From assembly GCA_963828125.1 (NCBI GenBank), contig CAWHDP010000002.1:1472001-1536000 (forward strand): a stretch of 64,000 bases of DNA. The letters are read 5' to 3'. How positions within the stretch are numbered: the first letter of the stretch is position 1; each line of letters opens with the position of its first letter. This DNA is from an uncultured Chlamydiae bacterium. GTDB taxonomy: Bacteria; Chlamydiota; Chlamydiia; Chlamydiales; SM23-39. The position numbers and the translations under genes are program-made. Under the pieces are notes generated by a model. It was given only the letters and a program-made list of their open reading frames with translations, was not told the origin of the DNA and made no database searches. This document shows, piece by piece, positions 57,820 through 64,000 of this stretch.

Positions 57820-59700
57820 TCAAATAAACGTTTTCCACCAAAGGGCTAAATTGAAAAGGTACCAGATTTGGGGCGCATGCCCTTGGTCGCAATACCGGAT
57901 GACTTCGTTTGGATCTAAAAAATCGGTCTGAGCGGAGAACGCTTTGAGTTCTTCGCGCATCCGGACTCCCAATTTGTCATTGAGCCATTCGTAGACGGGG
58001 ACGCCGAATCCCTGCTTAGGTCTATCGATGAGTTCATCGGGAATAATGCCGCGGACTGCTTTTTTCAAAATGTATTTGCTGATCCCGTTTTTGGTTTTCA
58101 TCGATTGGGGAATACTCATGGCCAGTTCAACAAATTTATGGTCAAGAAACGGGACGCGCCCTTCTAGAGAGACTCCCATGCTCATCTTGTCGACCCGCAT
58201 CAGCAGCAGCTCAGGCAGTCTCAAATTCAAGTCGGCATAACTCATCCAATTCAATGGCGATTTTTCCCACGCCTTCTCCTGAAAGCGTTGATAGGTGGGA
58301 CGAATGGCCTCCCAGGAGGTGAGCCCTTTGAGCTTTTCGCGGAGCCGCGGAGAGAGGAGCCGCTGTTTTTGGGCTTCGGTGAACGATTCGGCGCCACTCC
58401 AAAAAATCGGTTGATCGAGCGATCCGCGCCGGAGCCGCTCATAGTGCATCGATGTGTTTTTGCCAAGGGCGCGGATGCCGACAAGTCCAAGTCTTTTGAT
58501 AAAATTGGGGACCGGAAGGTTGTCCATATTCTGCAATGTGAGAGCTGTTTTCCAGCTCGGATAGCCCCAGAAGAGTTCGTCTGCCCCTTCGCCGACTTGG
58601 GCGACGACGATCCCGTTGTCGCGGGCGAGCTTCGAGACGTAATAGACGGGAACGCAGACGGGATCGGCGATCGGTTCATCTTGAAGGTGGATCATTTGGG
58701 GAAGAAAGTCAAGGAGATCGTCGACGTTCAGGAGCCGTTCATGATAAATGGCGCCCACCTCGCTGGCCATCCGCTTGGCAAAGTGGAGTTCGTTTTGATA
58801 GGAGCTGTGGTTCCCCTGATAGCCAATGCTGAAGGTTTTAACAATGTCCCCTTCGGAAAAAAGGGCTGCGTTCGTACTCGAATCGATGCCGCCGGAGAGA
58901 AACACTCCGACGGGAACGTCGCTTATTTTCCGCAGTTTAACCGACGTCCTCAGTTCAGCGAGAATCTTGGCTGCGACCTCTTCTTCAGAGGCGTCTTCGA
59001 GCGGCTGGGTGTGATCCCATACGTCCCAATATCGCTTTTCTTGGCAGGAGCCGTCTTCGCGGATCCGGAGCCAGGTGGCGGGGGGAAGTTTTTGAATGCC
59101 GTCGAAAAGGGTTTGCGGGGCTGGGGTCGTGAGAAAGGAGAGGTAGTGATAAAGGGCCTCTTCATGGACAGCCCGCTTTTGGTCGGGGTCTTTGAGCAAC
59201 GCTTTAATTTCGGAGGCAAAGGTGACCCGGCCGTTGTGGATGCTATAGTACAGCGGTTTCACGCCGATCCGGTCGCGGACGAGCCAGAGTTCCCGCTTTT
59301 TGCCGTCCCAGAGGGCGATCGCGAACATTCCACGAAAACGGTGGATGCAGTCGATCCCCCACTCCTCGAAAGCGTGGAGGATGACTTCGGTATCAGAATG
59401 GTCGGTTTTCCATCGATAGCGGGGAAGTTCTTTTCGGATATCGGCGTGGTTGTAGATCTCGCCGTTAAAAACGAGCTGGAGGCTCTCGTCATTGTTGGAC
59501 ATGGGTTGGTTCGCGGCGGCGGAGAGGTCTAGAATGGATAGGCGCCGAAAGCCAAGGCCGATTTTTCCATCGTCCGCAATCCAAATCCCTTCACCGTCGG
59601 GCCCCCGGTGCTTGATCGTATCGGTCATCGCCTGAATCAGGGGACGTCCGATCCGGTATCCGCTCTCTTTGAAAACCAGAACTCCTGTCAGTCCACACAT
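57820..59700 (-). CDS. asnB: Asparagine synthase-type glutamine amidotransferase (polysaccharide-cluster type)
   Basis: N-terminal MCG, HRGPD, NGEIYN, LSGGIDSS, GEGADE, RVPFLD. Confidence 0.94.
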   Translation of the reverse strand: MCGLTGVLVFKESGYRIGRPLIQAMTDTIKHRGPDGEGIWIADDGKIGLGFRRLSILDLSAAANQPMSNNDESLQLVFNGEIYNHADIRKELPRYRWKTDHSDTEVILHAFEEWGIDCIHRFRGMFAIALWDGKKRELWLVRDRIGVKPLYYSIHNGRVTFASEIKALLKDPDQKRAVHEEALYHYLSFLTTPAPQTLFDGIQKLPPATWLRIREDGSCQEKRYWDVWDHTQPLEDASEEEVAAKILAELRTSVKLRKISDVPVGVFLSGGIDSSTNAALFSEGDIVKTFSIGYQGNHSSYQNELHFAKRMASEVGAIYHERLLNVDDLLDFLPQMIHLQDEPIADPVCVPVYYVSKLARDNGIVVAQVGEGADELFWGYPSWKTALTLQNMDNLPVPNFIKRLGLVGIRALGKNTSMHYERLRRGSLDQPIFWSGAESFTEAQKQRLLSPRLREKLKGLTSWEAIRPTYQRFQEKAWEKSPLNWMSYADLNLRLPELLLMRVDKMSMGVSLEGRVPFLDHKFVELAMSIPQSMKTKNGISKYILKKAVRGIIPDELIDRPKQGFGVPVYEWLNDKLGVRMREELKAFSAQTDFLDPNEVIRYCDQGHAPQIWYLFNLALWWKTFI

Positions 59701-59804
59701 AATTTTCCTTAATGTAAAGCTGCTTTAAAATATGGGGCGACTTAGGATCGTCGATCCCCAGGGCTTTGGCGTGGATCCAAAGCCAAGTTATTGACCGCAG
59801 GTGC

Positions 59805-59972
59805 TATACTGCGGCCACCCCAAAAGTGTGAATTTGGGCAGCGTCAAAGCGGCCAACAAATCGACGATCCTAACGTGCCTAGTATTAAACCAATACAAGG
59901 CACGTTACGATCCTCGATTTTTGGCGCTTTCACGCTTGCCCAAATTCACACTTTTGGGGTGGTCGCAGTATA
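59805..59972. repeat. Palindromic MITE copy 3 (longest, 168 bp)
   Basis: Terminal IRs of about 35 bp with TATA ends; inner AACGTGCCT/AGGCACGTT stem. Confidence 0.9.
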
Positions 59973-61989
59973 TACATCGCTCGACTTGAAAGGCGATCTC
60001 CATGGCTTGGGCCTGTTGCCAGAGGGGGATGGGCCAATGGCCTCCGTCTTGGATGGCTTTCGCAAAAGCGACGAGCTCCTGTTTTTGCCCTTTTTCGGCC
60101 ATCGCACTCTCTAATTTTGGATGGGAGAGCGATTTATAATCGTTCAATACCAGCACCTGTCCGTCGACAAAGATCTCCATCTGTTCTTTTGGATGCTCTT
60201 TTGAGCCGAGCGAGGTATAGGTGAGGGTGGCGATCGATCCGTCTTGAAAGGTCATTGTCGCTATGAAATTGTCGTTCGTGGGCGAGGGGATCGATTGGGC
60301 GTCGACCCGGATCACTTCGGCGCCGGTGAGATAGGTGAAGAGATCGTAGATATGACATGCCTCGCCGATGTTCCTCCCTCCCCCCTCCTCGCCGTGAACC
60401 CAGTGGTCTTGGGGAAGAAAACCGCCATTCATCCGGTAGTTTAAAATCATGGGGCCTCCCCGTTTTTCCACCACCTTATGGAGCGCCTCTCCGTATTTGG
60501 AAAACCGGCGATTGAATCCGGTTAATAAGAGGGGCGCGTCAGAAGTAGACGCATAAAAATTCAAGATTTCGGCCAGCTCTTTTTCATTGAGGGCGAGGGG
60601 CTTTTCGACGAGAACCTGTTTTCCGGCGCGGAGGGCCTCGAGGGCCATAGACGCGTGGAGGTGGTGTCTTGTGGCGATGAGGACGGCGTCGACGTCGGGG
60701 TCTTGGAGCACTTCTCTGTAGTCGGTCGCTGCATAATCGGCTTCAAATTGTTTGGCAGCAGATTTCGCATTGTGTCCGGAACGGCTCACTATGGCCCTCA
60801 AATGGTATTCTTTCAGCCCTTGGAGATTCGGAAGGTGCATTTCCCTTGCAAAACCGCCGGCGCCAATCACGGCGATCTGAATTTGGTGTTTTAAGAGCGG
60901 TTTGGCGTGCGGATTTCTAATGAGGGTCTTTATATCGCCAGTTTCTGGATAAGAGAGCAAAGACAAAAGGGGCTTCGGTTCTCTCTCTTGGAGAGCTTTA
61001 TAGGCGTCGGCGACCTGATCGATCGGAAAGACTGACTGGATGAATGGATCGATCTTCACTTTTTTCTCAGCGAGGAGGCGGAGATACTCTTCCATGTTCC
61101 GGTTTTCGGTCCATCGGACGTAGCCGATTGGGTAGTCGAACCCTTTCTCCTCATATCGGTCATCGTAGCGGCCAGGTCCATACGAAGTCGAGATCAAAAA
61201 ATCGATCTCTTTTTGAAAAAAATCGGACCGTTTCAAATGGAGACCCACGTCGCCGACGAGGACGACGCGTCCCTTTTTACGGCATAATTTAAAGGCGTTT
61301 GAGATCACCTCATTTGAGGGGGTCGCTGCGGTGATGATCACCCCATCGACTTCGGCGATTTGTCTGCTGACCGTCCCAAATTGTTCAGCGAGGGCAACCC
61401 GATTTGGATCGAGGTCGACGCCAAAGACTTTGCAGCCGTTTGCCTGGAGGATCTGGGCAGTGAGCTGACCCAAAAAACCGAGGCCGATCACGGCGAACGT
61501 CTCTCCAAGGGTCGGCTGCGCTCTCCGCACTCCTTGGAGGGCAATCGCGCCCAATGCGACCGTACTTGCCTCTTTAAAGCCTAGAGTATGCGGAATTTCT
61601 ACAATAAGGTTGTCAGGAACCTGGATGATTTCGGCGTGATGAGCAAACTGCGCGCCTGCGCAGGCGACCCTTACGTGAGTCCCGACGATAGTTCCAGCGG
61701 CCGAATAGCCGATCGGGGAGCCTGAACTCAATTTCCCTTGTACGATGCTCTTGGTTTTCGAGAACCCTTTAGCGGCGAGCATCCCAAGGACTTTTTTCAC
61801 TTTTTCCGGTTCGGCGAGCGCCCGTTTCCAAAGGGGTTTTCTGGCCTGTTTCATCCCTTCGATTTCTGTGCCGGTCGAAATACAAGAGTGAGAGACCCGA
61901 ACCAGTTTGTATCCTGGTTCCGCATTTGGCGCTGGAACGTCCTCTATCATGGGCGCCCCTTGTTTCATCAAGACTTGCTTCATTCCCAA
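59905..61989 (-). CDS. Bi-domain oxidoreductase (Zn-ADH-like + Gfo/Idh/MocA)
   Basis: ISTGTE, GLGFLG, SYGPGRYD, GAGGFA, EKP, GFNRRF. Confidence 0.9.
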   Translation of the reverse strand: MGMKQVLMKQGAPMIEDVPAPNAEPGYKLVRVSHSCISTGTEIEGMKQARKPLWKRALAEPEKVKKVLGMLAAKGFSKTKSIVQGKLSSGSPIGYSAAGTIVGTHVRVACAGAQFAHHAEIIQVPDNLIVEIPHTLGFKEASTVALGAIALQGVRRAQPTLGETFAVIGLGFLGQLTAQILQANGCKVFGVDLDPNRVALAEQFGTVSRQIAEVDGVIITAATPSNEVISNAFKLCRKKGRVVLVGDVGLHLKRSDFFQKEIDFLISTSYGPGRYDDRYEEKGFDYPIGYVRWTENRNMEEYLRLLAEKKVKIDPFIQSVFPIDQVADAYKALQEREPKPLLSLLSYPETGDIKTLIRNPHAKPLLKHQIQIAVIGAGGFAREMHLPNLQGLKEYHLRAIVSRSGHNAKSAAKQFEADYAATDYREVLQDPDVDAVLIATRHHLHASMALEALRAGKQVLVEKPLALNEKELAEILNFYASTSDAPLLLTGFNRRFSKYGEALHKVVEKRGGPMILNYRMNGGFLPQDHWVHGEEGGGRNIGEACHIYDLFTYLTGAEVIRVDAQSIPSPTNDNFIATMTFQDGSIATLTYTSLGSKEHPKEQMEIFVDGQVLVLNDYKSLSHPKLESAMAEKGQKQELVAFAKAIQDGGHWPIPLWQQAQAMEIAFQVERCIYCDHPKSVNLGKRESAKNRGS

Positions 61990-63188
61990 ATTCCTCTTGT
62001 ATCGATGATCTGTTTTCCTTTTAAAAGAGATCGGTCTATGGCGGAGAACTTTCGGTGATTGACGAGTAGCACGACGAGGTCGGCCTTTTTCACCGCTTCA
62101 TTCAACTCTACCAACTGCACCTGCGGCACACAGAGCGATGCGGGGAGCGCCTCCAAATGGGGCTCTACGACGAGGAGGTCGCCCATTTGTTCTTGAGCCA
62201 TTTCTCTGACAATTTCGACAGCGGGGCTTTCGCGCACGTCATCGATATCGGCTTTGAACGAAAGTCCAAGACAGGCCACAATGGGATTGGTTATTCCTAC
62301 CAATTTTTCTCTCACTTTTGCTAATACATACTGCGGTTTGCTGTCGTTCACCTCTCGCGACGTTCGGATCAAACGGGAGAGATGCGGAGCCGAATCGACG
62401 ATGAACCATGGGTCGACCGCGATGCAGTGGCCTCCCACGCCGGGGCCCGGTTGCAGGATCTTCACTCGCGGGTGCCGGTTAGCCAGCCGGATCAGTTCCC
62501 ATACGTTGATTCCCAGATCATCGCAAATCAGCGACAGCTCATTGGCAAAGGCGATATTGACGTCGCGGAATGAATTTTCGGTCAGTTTGGTCATCTCGGC
62601 AGTTCTCGCATCGGTGATGAGGCACTCTCCCTGGACAAAGATTTGATAGAGCTCTTTGGCCCGTTCGCCAGAGAGGGGCGTCAGCCCCCCAATGATTCGA
62701 TCGTTTGCGACGATTTCCCGCAAAATATGGCCGGGGAGCACTCTCTCTGGGCAATAGGCGATTCGGAGATCGAGTTGAGGGAGCCATGCGGCCAGTTTTT
62801 CAGTGGTCCCAACGGGAGAGGTCGATTCGAGAATGACTAAATTTCCCCTCTCCAAAACGGGACTGATCGCTCTTGCCGCAGCTTCGATATAGGAGAGATC
62901 TGGCTTGTGATCTCCTTTAAACGGGGTTGGAACGGCGATGATGAACGCCTCTGCTTTTTCAGGCTTTACACTCGCCCTTAGCCTTCCGCTCATTACGGCC
63001 GAGTGAACCACCGCCTCCAAATCGGGCTCGACGATATGAATTTTGCCTTGATTGATTGTATCGACGGCCTTTTTATTGATATCGACTCCGACGACTTCGA
63101 TCCCATGGCCTGCCAAGATAGCAGCTGTTGGGAGTCCAATATAGCCGAGCCCTATCACCGACACTTTATTAAACGGATGTTTCATCAT
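61980..63188 (-). CDS. wecC: UDP-N-acetyl-D-mannosamine dehydrogenase
   Basis: GLGYIGLP, CPERVLPG, GPGVGGHCIAVDP, DDVRESP. Confidence 0.95.
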   Translation of the reverse strand: MMKHPFNKVSVIGLGYIGLPTAAILAGHGIEVVGVDINKKAVDTINQGKIHIVEPDLEAVVHSAVMSGRLRASVKPEKAEAFIIAVPTPFKGDHKPDLSYIEAAARAISPVLERGNLVILESTSPVGTTEKLAAWLPQLDLRIAYCPERVLPGHILREIVANDRIIGGLTPLSGERAKELYQIFVQGECLITDARTAEMTKLTENSFRDVNIAFANELSLICDDLGINVWELIRLANRHPRVKILQPGPGVGGHCIAVDPWFIVDSAPHLSRLIRTSREVNDSKPQYVLAKVREKLVGITNPIVACLGLSFKADIDDVRESPAVEIVREMAQEQMGDLLVVEPHLEALPASLCVPQVQLVELNEAVKKADLVVLLVNHRKFSAIDRSLLKGKQIIDTRGIWE

Positions 63189-64000
63189 TCACAATCTCTT
63201 GCACGATCCTCAGCGCCGCATGGCCGTCGCCGTATGGGTTATGCGCTTGAGCCATTTTGAGATAGCAGGCTGGATCATCGAGTAATTTTTCCGTTTCCCG
63301 GACGATTTTCTCCTCATCCGTTCCGACGAGGATCACTGTCCCCGCCTCAACTGCTTCGGGCCGCTCTGTCACCTCGCGCGTCACCAAAACCGGCTTGCCG
63401 AGCGAAGGGGCCTCTTCCTGGACGCCTCCCGAATCGCTCAAGATAAGATAAGCGAGATCCATTAAAAAGACAAAATCTAAATAGTCGAGAGGCTCGATCA
63501 GATGGATGTTGTCGCGGGTTCCCAAGATCGAACGGACAGGTTCCTGCACATTCGGATTCAAATGTACTGGATAGACGATTTGGACGTCGTCCCGTTTCGA
63601 GAGTCTATGGAGAGATCGGCAAATCGCCGCAATCCCCTCACCGAAGTTTTCGCGCCTATGACCCGTGACGAGAATCAGCCGCCGTTTCGGATCGAGAAAA
63701 TCGAACCGGTTTGTTTTGAGCTCCGGTTTTTTCTTGAATTGATCCAAAGTATAAAAAAGGGCGTCGATCACCGTGTTTCCCGTGACAAAGATTGCCCCTT
63801 CCCGCACCCCCTCCTTCACCAAATTGGCCCGTGATCCATTCGTCGGAGCAAAGTGCGTCTCGGCAATCGAGGTGATCAATTTCCGGTTCATCTCTTCAGG
63901 CCAGGGCATTCTCAGATTGCCCGTCCGGAGCCCCGCCTCGACATGCCCTACCCGAATTTTTTCATAGAAAGCGGCCAAGGCCCCCGCAAAAGCGGTTGTC
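63169..64000 (-). CDS. wecB: UDP-N-acetylglucosamine 2-epimerase (partial; 5' end outside the window)
   Basis: HVEAGLR, PEEMNR, HRRENF, DSGGVQEE, TERPE, NPYGDG. Confidence 0.95.
   Translation of the reverse strand, partial: TTAFAGALAAFYEKIRVGHVEAGLRTGNLRMPWPEEMNRKLITSIAETHFAPTNGSRANLVKEGVREGAIFVTGNTVIDALFYTLDQFKKKPELKTNRFDFLDPKRRLILVTGHRRENFGEGIAAICRSLHRLSKRDDVQIVYPVHLNPNVQEPVRSILGTRDNIHLIEPLDYLDFVFLMDLAYLILSDSGGVQEEAPSLGKPVLVTREVTERPEAVEAGTVILVGTDEEKIVRETEKLLDDPACYLKMAQAHNPYGDGHAALRIVQEIVNDETSV

Noticed and set aside
58288..59532. 414-aa plus-strand ORF
   Set aside because: Antisense shadow of asnB with no recognisable motifs; explained by codon bias
1..64000. GC-skew switch as proof of an origin or inversion
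   Set aside because: Spot counts were confounded by coding-strand and codon bias; needs computation on the full contig

Overview
The window looks like a piece of an environmental Chlamydiota chromosome (inferred from the ung-adjacent hypothetical gene, the ispA/glmU-like pair, an LRR effector and an autotransporter). Left to right: (1) surface-glycosylation genes at 1-10 kb, including a three-component glycosylation cassette with two paralogous membrane proteins; (2) core genes (Rsm22-like methyltransferase, HlyD/MFS efflux, ung) and tRNA-Pro(GGG); (3) a decayed defence/mobile island at 14.2-33 kb with a type I R-M operon that has a Schlafen/AlbA_2 gene between hsdS and hsdR, a PD-(D/E)XK nuclease, phage-like remnants cut by nested ISL3/IS256, a kinase/phosphatase cluster and a second Schlafen-type gene; (4) an LRR protein and a repeat-passenger autotransporter; (5) a complete ArgR-regulated arginine biosynthesis cluster with a CarB-ArgF fusion and an unannotated 59-aa CarA-like leader ORF; (6) ispA, a glmU-like gene and a candidate oriC; (7) a 5.4-kb cassette bounded by inverted palindromes, holding an IS110 element inserted in a DUF1016 gene and an APH(9)-GNAT fusion; (8) asnB, an oxidoreductase, wecC and wecB polysaccharide genes. 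A TA-ended palindromic MITE occurs three times. All calls rest on motif recognition by eye; no searches were run.
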